Virus record (IMG/VR): IMGVR_UViG_3300027983_002389
Direction: 5' to 3' (one strand)
Length of the DNA stretch: 64,000 nucleotides
Source: a virus
Taxonomy: Duplodnaviria; Caudoviricetes
Every line of letters begins with the position of its first letter. The stretch's first letter is position 1. The notes under the pieces are model-generated. The model ran no database searches and was not told the DNA's origin. It worked only from the letters and a program-made list of their open reading frames with translations. Shown piece after piece: positions 8,902 to 18,960 of this stretch. The translations under genes and the position numbers were made by a program.

Positions 8902-11079
8902 ATGTTCCCTAACAAATTTGCGGGTACTTGCAACAATCCTACTTGCAAATGCAAGGTAGAAGCCCATTCTGGTTTCACTCAGAAAATCAACGGTCGTTGG
9001 GCCGTTTGGTGCAAGCAGTGCGTTCCAGTTCGCATTGAAGCTGCGCCCGTTGTCCGTCGTATTCTTACGACTGATGGAAAAATCATTATTCCATATGAGC
9101 CACAGAATCTCGATCTGTTACGTTCGATTCCTGGCGCTCGTTGGGAAAAAGACAACCAGTGGTGGAGTGTCAGCCTTGAAATGGCCGACCGTCGCCGTCT
9201 TTTGGAAGTCGCCGAGAAAATTGGACTGGAAGTTCCTCCGTCACTTCGTGTCATCGAAGTGACCGAAGAGGCTCAAAATGCCACCAATGCCGGTCTATAC
9301 CCATTCCAAGTGGAGGGCGTCAACTTCCTTGCCCACAAGGACAAAGCGTTGCTAGGCGACGAAATGGGCCTTGGCAAGACCGTTCAATCGCTCATGGGCA
9401 TTCCTACTCGTGGTGCCGCTCTCGTCATCTGCCGTGCCGGTTTGAAATATAACTGGTTGGATGAAGTCAACAAGTGGCGTCCTGACTTAAAGCCTGTTGT
9501 TCTTAATGGTCGCAAGAGCTTCCGTTGGCCTTCTTCTGGCGAGGTCGTCATCATCAATAACGATATTCTACCAGCAGAGTTCAATACACCTAAGAAGAAC
9601 AAAGGCGAACAAATGCAAGCCTATTGGGATCGTCTCAAGACGTTCCGCAATGGGTTGAAAGAACGTCATCCTCAAGCTGTCAGTGTCAACCTTATTGTAG
9701 ATGAGGCCCATGACTACAAGAACCGTGATGCGGCTCGTAGTCGTAAGGTGAAGGAGTTCGCAAAACTCGCTCGTAAGTTGACCGGCTTGACTGGTTCACC
9801 TTTGACCAATCGTCCCGAAGATTTGTTTGGCGTATTGGATGTATTGGGTTTGGCAAAAGAAGTGTTCGGAACATGGGAACGATTCCAACTATTGTTCAAT
9901 GCCTACTCAGATCGGGTCTGGACGGGCAGGGGATACATCAACAAGATTGTATGGGGTAAGCCTCAGCCTATTGTTCCTGAACTTCTACGTCGTTCTATGC
10001 TTCGTCGTCGTCGTGCCGATGTATTGCCGGACCTTCCTGCTAAGACCTACACTAATCTGTTGGTCGGGCCGGTCGATCCTACACTTCAGAAGGCATTGGA
10101 CGAATTGTGGGAAGAATGGGGAACCGCTGTTCAAATTGAAGGTGAACTTCCTCCGTTCGAGAAATTCAGTGAAATTCGTGAAAAGCTGGCCCGCAGCCGG
10201 GTCGATGCTATGATCGAATACGTCGAAAACGCTGAGGAACAAGAGGTTCCATTGGTAGTGTTCAGCGCTCACTTGGCTCCGCTCGATGCTCTATTGGGCC
10301 GACCGGGTTGGGCAGTGATTACGGGTGTTACTTCGCCGATTAAACGTCAAGAAATTGTTCGTGCTTTCCAAGCCGGACAATTGAAGGGCGTGGGTGTGAG
10401 CATTAAGGCTGGTGGTGTTGGGATTAACCTGACTCACGCATGGAAGGCATTGTTTGTTGATTTGGACTGGACTCCTGCCGCTAATTGGCAGGCAGAAGAT
10501 CGGATTGCTCGTATTGGGCAATTGTCCAACAAAGTCGAAATCATTCGTATGGTGAGCGACCATCCTCTTGACTTGCATATTCAGAACATGCTGGTTGATA
10601 AAATCGACACGATCATCAAGGCGATTGATTCGTCTGTTCATGGTGAGAAAGTTGAAGTTAAACCCGGAGTGCAGGGCGAGACAGAAGAAGAGTTCCAGGC
10701 TCGCATCAACAAGCTGTTGGAACGTGCTGAAATTGACATTAAGGAACGTAAGGCACGAGCCGAGAGTGATCGCAAATTGGCTGCTAAAGGCAAGGTCAGT
10801 GTCATTCATGGTCGAGAAAAGGCTCGACTGACCAAACCAGTATTGTCTCTTACTGCTGAAAGAACCGAAGCCGTTCGTGATTCTTTTAAATACATGCTTT
10901 CCATTTGTGATGGGGCGCATACTTGGGATAACCTCGGATTCAACAAGCCTGACGCATCAGTGGCACATTGGCTGCTGTCGGCTGGTCTGGAAACAGATCA
11001 GGAGGTTGAAGCAGCATATTACATGCTGACTCGATACCATCGACAGCTTGCTCCGAAGTATCCGGTGCTATTCAAATAG
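8902..11079 (+). CDS. SNF2-family (HARP/SMARCAL1-like) helicase/ATPase with N-terminal Zn-finger
   Basis: GDEMGLGKT Walker A, LIVDEAH, TGSP, GINLT, QAEDRIARIG; SD GGAG before ATG 8902 (ORF open from 8866). Confidence 0.9.
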   Translation: MFPNKFAGTCNNPTCKCKVEAHSGFTQKINGRWAVWCKQCVPVRIEAAPVVRRILTTDGKIIIPYEPQNLDLLRSIPGARWEKDNQWWSVSLEMADRRRLLEVAEKIGLEVPPSLRVIEVTEEAQNATNAGLYPFQVEGVNFLAHKDKALLGDEMGLGKTVQSLMGIPTRGAALVICRAGLKYNWLDEVNKWRPDLKPVVLNGRKSFRWPSSGEVVIINNDILPAEFNTPKKNKGEQMQAYWDRLKTFRNGLKERHPQAVSVNLIVDEAHDYKNRDAARSRKVKEFAKLARKLTGLTGSPLTNRPEDLFGVLDVLGLAKEVFGTWERFQLLFNAYSDRVWTGRGYINKIVWGKPQPIVPELLRRSMLRRRRADVLPDLPAKTYTNLLVGPVDPTLQKALDELWEEWGTAVQIEGELPPFEKFSEIREKLARSRVDAMIEYVENAEEQEVPLVVFSAHLAPLDALLGRPGWAVITGVTSPIKRQEIVRAFQAGQLKGVGVSIKAGGVGINLTHAWKALFVDLDWTPAANWQAEDRIARIGQLSNKVEIIRMVSDHPLDLHIQNMLVDKIDTIIKAIDSSVHGEKVEVKPGVQGETEEEFQARINKLLERAEIDIKERKARAESDRKLAAKGKVSVIHGREKARLTKPVLSLTAERTEAVRDSFKYMLSICDGAHTWDNLGFNKPDASVAHWLLSAGLETDQEVEAAYYMLTRYHRQLAPKYPVLFK

Positions 11080-11084
11080 CCGAA

Positions 11085-11120
11085 ACAATAGGGGATGTAA
11101 AAATCCCCTATTGTCGTTTT
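11085..11120 (+). terminator. Intrinsic terminator
   Basis: ACAATAGGGGAT-6-ATCCCCTATTGT plus T-tract. Confidence 0.8.
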
Positions 11121-11123
11121 ATA

Positions 11124-11155
11124 GGTCGAACCAAATACAGTTTTCACTCTCTTGG
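11124..11155 (+). promoter_or_regulatory. ECF-sigma-like promoter, copy 2
   Basis: GGTCGAACCA-N16-TCTTGG. Confidence 0.7.
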
Positions 11156-11195
11156 TTTTTAGGGAAAGAACCTTCAACCAAAAGAAAGCAAAGAC

Positions 11196-11495
11196 ATGAG
11201 CCATCAACAACTTCAAGTTCAGCCCACACGATTTATCAATGCTGAACCTGGCATTTTACCCTCCTTAGAAGGCCCTGTGCCGATTGTGTTATTGTCCTTC
11301 GGAGCCGAGGAAGGCCCCATTGAAGATCGAGCCATTGGCATCATAGAGGCTCGACAAATGGTTATGGACATTCTGGAATCGTTGGCTACGATGGGTGATC
11401 CGCTTGCTCAGGCCATCGGCAGTCAGTTTTTCTCACATCAAGAATCTTCCGACGATGGAAGCGAGTATGACGATGAATGTTCCGATTGTGAGTAA
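11196..11495 (+). CDS. Hypothetical protein
   Basis: ORF after promoter; acidic tail. Confidence 0.6.
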   Translation: MSHQQLQVQPTRFINAEPGILPSLEGPVPIVLLSFGAEEGPIEDRAIGIIEARQMVMDILESLATMGDPLAQAIGSQFFSHQESSDDGSEYDDECSDCE

Positions 11496-11811
11496 AAGCA
11501 TAGTCCGCATGAACGCCGAGAAAGACCCGAACTATTGCCCGTATTGTATGCGGTGTACTGGTTTGGTTCGTATGGAAAAAATAGATGCCTTTCTTTGGGG
11601 TTGTAATTGTGGGGCAATTGGCGACGAACGGGATGACGTTGAATGTCCTTCTTGCAAAGGGACGAAGATCAATGCTGGGGCATCTTGTCTTTGTTGTGAG
11701 GGAGCGGGAACAATAACCCAATTCAAAGCCGACTCGTTGACTGGAATACGACGAGACTTGAAGCGACGAACGTTCAAGAGAGGCTGGAAGGGCTGGCGAC
11801 TGAATGGTTAA
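11395..11811 (+). CDS. Zn-finger (CxxC repeat) protein; true start probably near 11476
   Basis: CPYCMRC, CNC, CPSCKG, CLCCEG. Confidence 0.6.
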   Translation: MIRLLRPSAVSFSHIKNLPTMEASMTMNVPIVSKSIVRMNAEKDPNYCPYCMRCTGLVRMEKIDAFLWGCNCGAIGDERDDVECPSCKGTKINAGASCLCCEGAGTITQFKADSLTGIRRDLKRRTFKRGWKGWRLNG

Positions 11812-12034
11812 TGAAAAAAACGCAAAAGCCACCAAGATTATGCTCGAACGTATTGTCGAACGCAGTGGGGAGGACCGAGCCAGTGTCTTTTTGGATATTA
11901 TCATTGACACGATATTCCACAAAGGCGATATAAACATCTGGAGCCAACAACAAGCAATTAACCATATTGCTGAGACATACGGCTTGATATCCCCAGCGTT
12001 GACCTATAGAGCAACAGAAGAAGTCCCATTTTGA
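11804..12034 (+). CDS. Hypothetical protein
   Basis: Overlapping ORF in run. Confidence 0.55.
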   Translation: MVNEKNAKATKIMLERIVERSGEDRASVFLDIIIDTIFHKGDINIWSQQQAINHIAETYGLISPALTYRATEEVPF

Positions 12035-12063
12035 TTTACACCACATTATTTGTGTGGTAGAAT
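12035..12063 (+). promoter_or_regulatory. sigma70-like promoter
   Basis: TTTACA-N17-TAGAAT. Confidence 0.7.
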
Positions 12064-12092
12064 CTCTTTGGACGACCGGACAGTGAGGGAAT

Positions 12093-12659
12093 TTGATGAA
12101 TGGCAACGGACCAAATAGTGAGTTGGCGTATTGGATTGCTGTGCGTGGCATTGCGAAGAAAGCAATGTACGCATTTGGGACCGGCCCGCTATACGACTTC
12201 GTTAATGGAACCGTAACTAGAAGCCCCGAATATGGTGAAAAGGTTCGAGTTTATGTGCGAGAACAAGTCGAATACTCAAGTTGGATCGTTTCCAAACAGC
12301 GTACGACTTATGTTCTGAGGTATACACGGCACAATTCCAACAGTGCTGTGCAGTCCATGCAGGAAGATGTTCGTCAAGAATCCGATGATTTGTTAAAAGC
12401 TAATGTTCCTACTTATTATCGACTCCGTTTCGTTTTGGACCCTACTTTGACCCGAATCAGTGGGGTGAGATTTGTAGTGGCACCTGATTTTGATGACAGT
12501 GACAGCGAAGACTATGAATCGCCGATGCGATGGAACCATCCTGATGAAATCGGCGATGCGATGGTCAAATTAGAAGCACAATACAAACAAGCCAAGTTGC
12601 CCTTGCCCACAATTGAATTTGTGGCTTTCAATAAAGAACACCAGGAGATACCGAAATGA
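12093..12659 (+). CDS. Hypothetical protein
   Basis: SD GAGG; ATGA overlap with next gene. Confidence 0.7.
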   Translation: MMNGNGPNSELAYWIAVRGIAKKAMYAFGTGPLYDFVNGTVTRSPEYGEKVRVYVREQVEYSSWIVSKQRTTYVLRYTRHNSNSAVQSMQEDVRQESDDLLKANVPTYYRLRFVLDPTLTRISGVRFVVAPDFDDSDSEDYESPMRWNHPDEIGDAMVKLEAQYKQAKLPLPTIEFVAFNKEHQEIPK

Positions 12660-13540
12660 AAAATCAAATTGATCCGAGTTGGATTTCCTGGGCCGAGCGT
12701 CGAGCCAGTCTTCTCAAGGATGGTGGATACATTATCTTTCCGTCTGACGGAGCGCTTTTTCAACTCAACAAAACCAGTAAGACTCTCAATCTGGTTTGCT
12801 GTGTTCCATCGTGGCTAGGATCTGAAGTCGAAACTACAAACCGACAGGTCTTCGCCAAGATCAATTATCGGTATCAGAAGCCAGATGAAGTGCCTACCAC
12901 TCCTGATGCCATTATCGACAAGATATTCTCCAACTTGCAAAAGTATGCGTCGGATATTCCAACGCTGTTACATGGTATTGGTGTTATCTTTGGATTGAAG
13001 CGTGAAAACCAGTCCGATGACGAGAAGTTGCTGGACTTGATTGCCAAGAAGGGCAAGAAATTACCTATCAATCCTGTGACAATTCGAGGCGTAGGAAACT
13101 TCACTGCTGGTCGTTTATGGATTGGAGTTGATTCTGTGCCGGACACAGCGCATCGCTTCAACCCCGCAGTTCAACGTGGACCACGATGGGAGAAGCCGAT
13201 CACAATCATTTTGTGGCGTGAAGGACAGGGGCTTAATGTCGATGACCCCAATCGCCCAGCCATGATTGTGGACGAGCCAGACTTCATTCAATTTGTGAAT
13301 TCATTGAAGGATTCACTGTCCGCACACGTCAAGTTGTGGGGACAAGCTGATCGAGTGAATGAGCATCAAAAAATGTTCGCTTTATTCGACAAGCATGAAG
13401 AAGATTCTCGTCTTGAAGTTAAGTTGTATAAAACCAACGACGACTATACCGAGAACACCTTGGTTGGCGAGGCTGAACTTAACTCCAATAAATTCTTTGA
13501 GGGTTTGGGGCATCTATTCTCTAATGGAGAATTATTGTGA
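12656..13540 (+). CDS. Hypothetical protein
   Basis: 294 aa; SD AGGAG. Confidence 0.75.
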   Translation: MKNQIDPSWISWAERRASLLKDGGYIIFPSDGALFQLNKTSKTLNLVCCVPSWLGSEVETTNRQVFAKINYRYQKPDEVPTTPDAIIDKIFSNLQKYASDIPTLLHGIGVIFGLKRENQSDDEKLLDLIAKKGKKLPINPVTIRGVGNFTAGRLWIGVDSVPDTAHRFNPAVQRGPRWEKPITIILWREGQGLNVDDPNRPAMIVDEPDFIQFVNSLKDSLSAHVKLWGQADRVNEHQKMFALFDKHEEDSRLEVKLYKTNDDYTENTLVGEAELNSNKFFEGLGHLFSNGELL

Positions 13541-13917
13541 TTGCAGTCACACATTTTCAAATATTTCTGTTTGTTGCTTTGGCAATCTTTCTGATTTTGT
13601 CTTATCTCATTTACATGCTAATTAAATGGGATGAACAACCATTGCCTTCCACATTGAAAAATGAAGAAGGCGATTTGCCATTCTCCACTTTGAAAAAAGT
13701 AAAAGTTGTTGATTTTTTGGTAGATCCTGATTTTAAGTTGTTGTGCATCTTTGTGTCTTCTGACGCAATTAAATACGATCACTTTGTTTTAGGAAGTGTA
13801 ACATTTACCGAAACCAGTCAAAATGACAGCCATATAAAGCTCATTCGCTCAGGAACCGGCTTCAGGGTTTACAATCATCCGACCGTCAAAGAGGGGCAGT
13901 GGTTGCCATGTCGATAA
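13537..13917 (+). CDS. Membrane-anchored hypothetical protein
   Basis: N-terminal hydrophobic helix. Confidence 0.6.
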   Translation: MIAVTHFQIFLFVALAIFLILSYLIYMLIKWDEQPLPSTLKNEEGDLPFSTLKKVKVVDFLVDPDFKLLCIFVSSDAIKYDHFVLGSVTFTETSQNDSHIKLIRSGTGFRVYNHPTVKEGQWLPCR

Positions 13918-14396
13918 GAAAGTTCCAAGTTCGAGATTTGGTGATCACCACGGATGTATTTGGCGCACGCACCTTCGTTTTGGTTTCCATCACCGAAACC
14001 GGCTATCGTGCTGTTGCCATGAAAGACAAAAAAAGGTATAACCTAACCGACGAGCAAATCGCTTGTAGGGTTGGGGTTATATCAGAAGATAGTCCTTTGC
14101 TTGTTGATGAATATGATGCCGAAAAAGGGAAAGATCACTGTCTCCAGCAGGCTCGTGAGTTTCCAGCCGAGGCAGCAAAATGGCGGGCCTTGGCGAACCT
14201 CAAACCCGACAACACGCTCCGTCTTGTTCATCGACGCAAAATTTTTCAAGACGCCGTGTTCATCGCAGTAAATTGCAAAAAGCCTCTGTATCCGATTCGA
14301 GCCAAGATCAAAGGTCTTGCTCACGACTTTAGGCTTGACGCCATGATCCTTGAAGATTGGTTTACAACCAATCAGAATCAGGGTATAATCGACTGA
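13899..14396 (+). CDS. Hypothetical protein
   Basis: ORF in run. Confidence 0.65.
   Translation: MVAMSIRKFQVRDLVITTDVFGARTFVLVSITETGYRAVAMKDKKRYNLTDEQIACRVGVISEDSPLLVDEYDAEKGKDHCLQQAREFPAEAAKWRALANLKPDNTLRLVHRRKIFQDAVFIAVNCKKPLYPIRAKIKGLAHDFRLDAMILEDWFTTNQNQGIID
14361..14389 (+). promoter_or_regulatory. sigma70-like promoter
   Basis: TTTACA-N17-TATAAT. Confidence 0.75.
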
Positions 14397-14416
14397 CAAA
14401 AGGAAAGGGATCACCC

Positions 14417-14788
14417 ATGATTGAATTTGAGGACGGCTCAACGCTCGCCACCGAAGACTGGTTTCGTATCATGTCCGTCATTAAGCAACGGGCAAAAGAA
14501 GGCAAGGTAAAACCCGAAGCGATCAAACAAGGTGGCGTTACCGTGAAGGTTAAGGGTTACGATCCTGTTGCAACTGGCGGCAAGGTTGTGGGTCCAGCGT
14601 ATGCCAACTACATTGAAGCGACACACAACGGATGGAAACTCCGAGTGTGGCGAAAAGAGGAAGAGGGCGTATACGGCTGCAATTACTACCAGGGCGAAGA
14701 CGTTCGCTACTTGGAAGTGCCATTTGGTGACGTTAGAGACGAGAACGGCGTATTCAAATATGCCTCCTCAATTATCGACGATATGTGA
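14417..14788 (+). CDS. Hypothetical protein
   Basis: SD AAGGGA; downstream of promoter. Confidence 0.7.
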   Translation: MIEFEDGSTLATEDWFRIMSVIKQRAKEGKVKPEAIKQGGVTVKVKGYDPVATGGKVVGPAYANYIEATHNGWKLRVWRKEEEGVYGCNYYQGEDVRYLEVPFGDVRDENGVFKYASSIIDDM

Positions 14789-14850
14789 TATGAGCAAAAA
14801 ATTCGATATGACAATCCGAGGTTGACAATTCGGGACTGAGGCTGGTAGCA

Positions 14851-15207
14851 ATGTCTAAGGTAGCAATGTCTAAGGTATATCACGACAAGCGATTTCCAGT
14901 TATTGAATCGCAGGAACGTAATTTCCCTGATGATTTCATGGAAATTGCTGAGTGTGACACCGAAGACCTTGGTGAGATATTTCAACTTACCAATCATAAT
15001 GACAAAGCATGGTGGTTGAACGAGGGCGTGCGAAAAGTCGGTGACGCTCAATTTCGATCTACTTCGGTTGGTGATGTTGTGGTGCTGTCTGAAGGCACTG
15101 CGTATGTTTGTCGCACGTTGGGCTGGTCTGTTATTGGCAAAGTCAATGATGGTCCATTGCCGCTTGTATTCACAACCGGGATGGGAATATTCGATGAAGG
15201 ACAATAA
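14851..15207 (+). CDS. Hypothetical protein with YodL-like RSTSVGDVV motif; start region duplicated (15 bp)
   Basis: GGTAGCAATGTCTAA x2 at 14844-14873. Confidence 0.6.
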   Translation: MSKVAMSKVYHDKRFPVIESQERNFPDDFMEIAECDTEDLGEIFQLTNHNDKAWWLNEGVRKVGDAQFRSTSVGDVVVLSEGTAYVCRTLGWSVIGKVNDGPLPLVFTTGMGIFDEGQ

Positions 15208-15652
15208 TCACAATCACTCTAAGCCATTGCCTAAATGGACCGAGAAGTTGTTCTTCTTGATTCGCAAGCATTGGCAGTACCATGCTCCCTGTGTGCATAT
15301 CAACATTCAGACGTTTTTCGACCACGAGAATAAGGTGTGGCAGGTCAAGGCTGCTCCTGTCTATCAAGAGGTCTATGGCGGCGACGATGATGGCAAGAAG
15401 GTATGGGCCGGATTCGTTTTTGACATTGGTGACTTCAGCCGAGAAACTGGTGTGTGGGTAGAAGAATTCGCAATTTCTTCGTATTGTCAGGAATGCACAG
15501 AACATCCGAAATTGATGGCACGAGGAAAGTTTCAGGGACATCAGTTCTTCTTGCATATTTTCCTGGAACCAGTTGCCGAGACTGAGCCTGTTGAAGTGAT
15601 TGATACTATTCAACAGCAGATTCGGGATATGCCTGAAACGGATGGAGAATGA
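15194..15652 (+). CDS. Hypothetical protein
   Basis: ATG 15194; EVYGGDDDG motif. Confidence 0.65.
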   Translation: MKDNNHNHSKPLPKWTEKLFFLIRKHWQYHAPCVHINIQTFFDHENKVWQVKAAPVYQEVYGGDDDGKKVWAGFVFDIGDFSRETGVWVEEFAISSYCQECTEHPKLMARGKFQGHQFFLHIFLEPVAETEPVEVIDTIQQQIRDMPETDGE

Positions 15653-15857
15653 ATGATGACAGTACAAAATAACGACAATAAATCAATCGACCAACAATTG
15701 CATGATGCGTGCTTGATGACGTTCGGCGGGGTTGGTGCGTGTTCGCCGGAAATTTATCAGGCTGCACTTGAGCGAATTGCTTTTGAAACCGGGCGTGTTT
15801 TTGACGATCAATTTCGTGAAGATGTGCGAAATATCTTGAAAGACATTCCTTGTCCAC

Positions 15858-16238
15858 TTGATTGAGCAAACAATGCAAGAATCTGATTTAGCAGAAATGT
15901 TCGACGAAATGACGACCGATGAATCGGAAGCGTTGTTGCGTGATCGCCTTTGGACGCCAAAGCCTGATTATGTTAAACATTTCTCGCAAACCCTATACAC
16001 CGACGCCGAATTGGTAGATGCCTTCATCGCCACTACGGATAGGTGGTACATAGACAACGCCAATGCTTTGTGTGGTTGGCAAGATGAGATTCGTATTGAA
16101 TTGATTCGTTGTCTCAAAGAAAACTATGAAGCCAATTCGGTTCACCAGTTGATTTATGCTGAAATGAAATTCAGCAAAGAATGGACAGGACCAGAAGGCA
16201 TGTTCCTAGAATACCACCCTGAAAGGATAGCAAGCTGA
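15858..16238 (+). CDS. Hypothetical protein
   Basis: TGATG overlap with next gene. Confidence 0.6.
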   Translation: MIEQTMQESDLAEMFDEMTTDESEALLRDRLWTPKPDYVKHFSQTLYTDAELVDAFIATTDRWYIDNANALCGWQDEIRIELIRCLKENYEANSVHQLIYAEMKFSKEWTGPEGMFLEYHPERIAS

Positions 16239-16717
16239 TGTTGTTGTACGCAAGATTGAAAGAGCGATTGACGCAGGCAATGAAAGCCAGCGACACCAAT
16301 GCCAAGAATGCCGTGCGAGCATTATTGTCGAGGCTACAAACTTCTGGTCAAGAAACCGACGAGGCTGTTATCTCTTCCGTCAAGATGCTCATCAAGCAAA
16401 ACGAGGAAGAGATCGAGACTCGAAATGGTCGAGTGGCGATGCCAGACGGCAGCATCAAAGAAGTCGCCGTCTCTGGTCAGGAGAATGAGATTGCTCGTAT
16501 CATTGCCCAAACTTTGGTCTTCAAGGAGTTTCTGCCGGACTTCCTGAGCGTCGAAAGGATCAAAGAAATTCTGACAATGCCTTTGCATCAGACGCAGATC
16601 AATGCAGCTAAGAATTCTGGTGCTGCAACTGGTGTAGCTATGAAGATTTTGAAGCCGCATGGCGCTGTTGAAGGCGGCACGGTCAAAGATGTTGTTACTG
16701 CCATCTACGGACAATAA
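16238..16717 (+). CDS. GatB/YqeY domain protein
   Basis: LKERLTQAMKASD...AVRALLS...KEFLP.FLS.E.IKE...G..MK. Confidence 0.75.
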   Translation: MLLYARLKERLTQAMKASDTNAKNAVRALLSRLQTSGQETDEAVISSVKMLIKQNEEEIETRNGRVAMPDGSIKEVAVSGQENEIARIIAQTLVFKEFLPDFLSVERIKEILTMPLHQTQINAAKNSGAATGVAMKILKPHGAVEGGTVKDVVTAIYGQ

Positions 16718-16745
16718 CATGAAATATCTTCCCGCTGTTGCAACG

Positions 16746-16793
16746 ATTAAGAAATGTGCCTTCCATTAAGAAATGTGCCTTCCATTGGCACAT
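16746..16793 (+). repeat. Hairpin micro-element copy A, with internal 19-bp tandem duplication
   Basis: ATTAAGAAATGTGCCTTCC x2 then ATTGGCACAT; stem ATGTGCC/GGCACAT. Confidence 0.9.
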
Positions 16794-16809
16794 CCCATGA
16801 GCGATACCC

Positions 16810-17097
16810 ATGAGCGATACCCCTGAAAACGTCAAAGAAGTAGCCCTGTATGCTTGGGTTGGTGAGGATGAATTGGGTTCTGGCGTTGTCGGACTCAAAC
16901 AGGCTTGGACACGGGCGGGAGCCGTACCATTGGTTGCTGTGGACCACGCCAAAATGCTGAACGAAGTTATTCAGCAACAGTTGTAAGCACAAACGAACCA
17001 GTATGGTAAAACCATACGTCTTTGCAAATTCACATTTGTTGAAGAAATCCTTGCACTCGAACCTGAGAGTGTTGCACCCGAACCGGAGAAGAATTGA
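16810..17097 (+). pseudogene. Phage hypothetical gene with in-frame TAA at 16984
   Basis: MSDTPE...LYAWVGEDELGSG...QQQL*AQTNQYGKTIRLCKF...; 13-bp duplication over start. Confidence 0.7.
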
Positions 17098-17783
17098 TGT
17101 TTGGAGCATTAGGCAGCATACGGAAGGAAAATGTCCCACACGGAACCAAAGTGGATACATTGCGCACTCCGGGCATTGCCGAGCGTAGCAACGACGCTTT
17201 TGTTCTTCAGGGAAAAGATACCAGCAAGCTACATTTGATTGTTGATATGTCCCGCATTGGCGCTGGACTATTCAACGTCAAGATGGAATACACCTACTTC
17301 GCTCCGAGGTCGGGTAAAAACTACTTATTTGAATTGGTGTTGATGAAGTGGCCTGATGTACAAACTTTCTTGTGGGCTATCGCTTCATTCCCCATAGAAT
17401 ATCGACCTCAAGCTGAGGCTTTCGCAAAAGAGTGTGGGCTTCGTTTGGCAGATGGCGTTCCCACCATCTTTGATGGCAGTGGCGCACATCAGTTTCCATT
17501 GGAAGGCCCTACGGTCTATACTATGGAGAACATTAGTGGGCATCAAGTGTATGGAAACAGTGGTGAGAAGTTGAAGTTGAAGTTGAAGAAGGAAGAACAT
17601 GCCGCAATTGATGCCATCATTGGTGCCGACCGAGCCAAACTTCATGCTGAAATGAGGGGGCAAGGTTATACTGATGAGCAGATCAAGCGAATCCTGAGTC
17701 ATTGGGAGTCAGGAAATGAAGCATATGAGGAGGCTCCCGCCGCAGCCGGGGATGGGCAGCATCGTCACAAGAGTCTGAAATAA
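17094..17783 (+). CDS. Hypothetical protein
   Basis: 229 aa ORF. Confidence 0.7.
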   Translation: MMFGALGSIRKENVPHGTKVDTLRTPGIAERSNDAFVLQGKDTSKLHLIVDMSRIGAGLFNVKMEYTYFAPRSGKNYLFELVLMKWPDVQTFLWAIASFPIEYRPQAEAFAKECGLRLADGVPTIFDGSGAHQFPLEGPTVYTMENISGHQVYGNSGEKLKLKLKKEEHAAIDAIIGADRAKLHAEMRGQGYTDEQIKRILSHWESGNEAYEEAPAAAGDGQHRHKSLK

Positions 17784-17794
17784 GGAACACAGCT

Positions 17795-18007
17795 ATGTCC
17801 GTCGAGAAGTTTGCCAAAGCCTTTGGTGTTTATCATTGGGACACGTTCGATAATGAAACGATCCTGATTGGTGAATCCGATACGCTCGACGAGGCACGTC
17901 AATTCGTCCAAGAGAAATACAAGGGGCGACTCGGCTCTGATGGAGCAGATCGAGTCGATATTGTGGATCAACAGGGCGATATTGTGGATCACTTCTCAAC
18001 ACGCTGA
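17795..18007 (+). CDS. Hypothetical protein
   Basis: SD AAGGA. Confidence 0.65.
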   Translation: MSVEKFAKAFGVYHWDTFDNETILIGESDTLDEARQFVQEKYKGRLGSDGADRVDIVDQQGDIVDHFSTR

Positions 18008-18019
18008 AGGCGGTGTTAC

Positions 18020-18223
18020 ATGGTTGACGTTCGGGGATATTTTGCATCCAAAGAAAGAGCAACTAAGTTGCCGCAAGTTCAAGTGAACAAAGACGAATTT
18101 GTTCGCCGTCTTATAGAACGAGGCGAGGTTCCAGAGAAGGCTGAACAAATTGCTATGGTTGCCGAGACGTTAGGGAGCCATATCGAAATCAACAACGAAA
18201 TGGTTGGAATCATCAATGTCTGA
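18020..18223 (+). CDS. Hypothetical protein
   Basis: ORF in run. Confidence 0.6.
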   Translation: MVDVRGYFASKERATKLPQVQVNKDEFVRRLIERGEVPEKAEQIAMVAETLGSHIEINNEMVGIINV

Positions 18224-18653
18224 AAAGACTGAGTTTGAAAAAATTGGCGTTCATACTATTCGCCCATTCAAGTCGAATGGGCGATGGGTGTTTAAGCACA
18301 ACAATCAAACATACGATATGGCACCAGCCGGGATTATGGATTCCGTATTGAGTCCATTGGTCATTGGTGCCGACCGACTTATCGCCCTGGGTTGTCAGAT
18401 GAAAGGCATCCCAAATCCTGAAGCTGGTTTTAACTTGCTGTTTTCGGAAGAATATTTTCCAAATGCAGATGTTAAATTCAACTTCGTGGAAGTCAAGCAC
18501 AGTGGTTGGATTTATGCTGTCGAGGAATTGAACCTCAAGGGCTTGATGCCCGGCCAATCGGCTTGGATTTGTCCATACATGACGTTCTATTACTCTCAGC
18601 CGCCCAAGATTTTGTACTTGAAAGTGGAGTCCTGTGATGGAATTCCTGAGTGA
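18216..18653 (+). CDS. Hypothetical protein
   Basis: C-terminal WICP...YY..PP..LY motif. Confidence 0.65.
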   Translation: MSEKTEFEKIGVHTIRPFKSNGRWVFKHNNQTYDMAPAGIMDSVLSPLVIGADRLIALGCQMKGIPNPEAGFNLLFSEEYFPNADVKFNFVEVKHSGWIYAVEELNLKGLMPGQSAWICPYMTFYYSQPPKILYLKVESCDGIPE

Positions 18654-18960
18654 TGGTCAGCATCGGCATGGTGGCGAAAAGATGAATTGTTTCTTCTGCA
18701 CCACGCAGAAGAACAACTGTCAGTTGTTTCGATTGGGAGAAAATCCTTCTCATCCTCCCGAGTATGCAGCACTATATAACCACAGATTTGTCATCTGTCC
18801 TGAATGTCATGCAAGAGGATCGGAATTTCTTGCACAGCATTTATTGCACTGGATAAAGGTACAAGAATTCTTGACCGATCACGGTGTTGGACTCCCGGAA
18901 ATTGAACGACATAAGAAAACCGGGAAGCTGCCTATGTTCAACAAGAGGAAAAAAAGATGA
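18634..18960 (+). CDS. Zn-finger hypothetical protein
   Basis: CFFC...CPEC. Confidence 0.55.
   Translation: MMEFLSDGQHRHGGEKMNCFFCTTQKNNCQLFRLGENPSHPPEYAALYNHRFVICPECHARGSEFLAQHLLHWIKVQEFLTDHGVGLPEIERHKKTGKLPMFNKRKKR

Noticed and set aside
10291-10920. Long antisense ORFs such as 10291-10920, 3956-4501, 35019-35588 and 36244-36810
   Set aside because: They overlap well-supported + strand genes and show no motifs or start signals.
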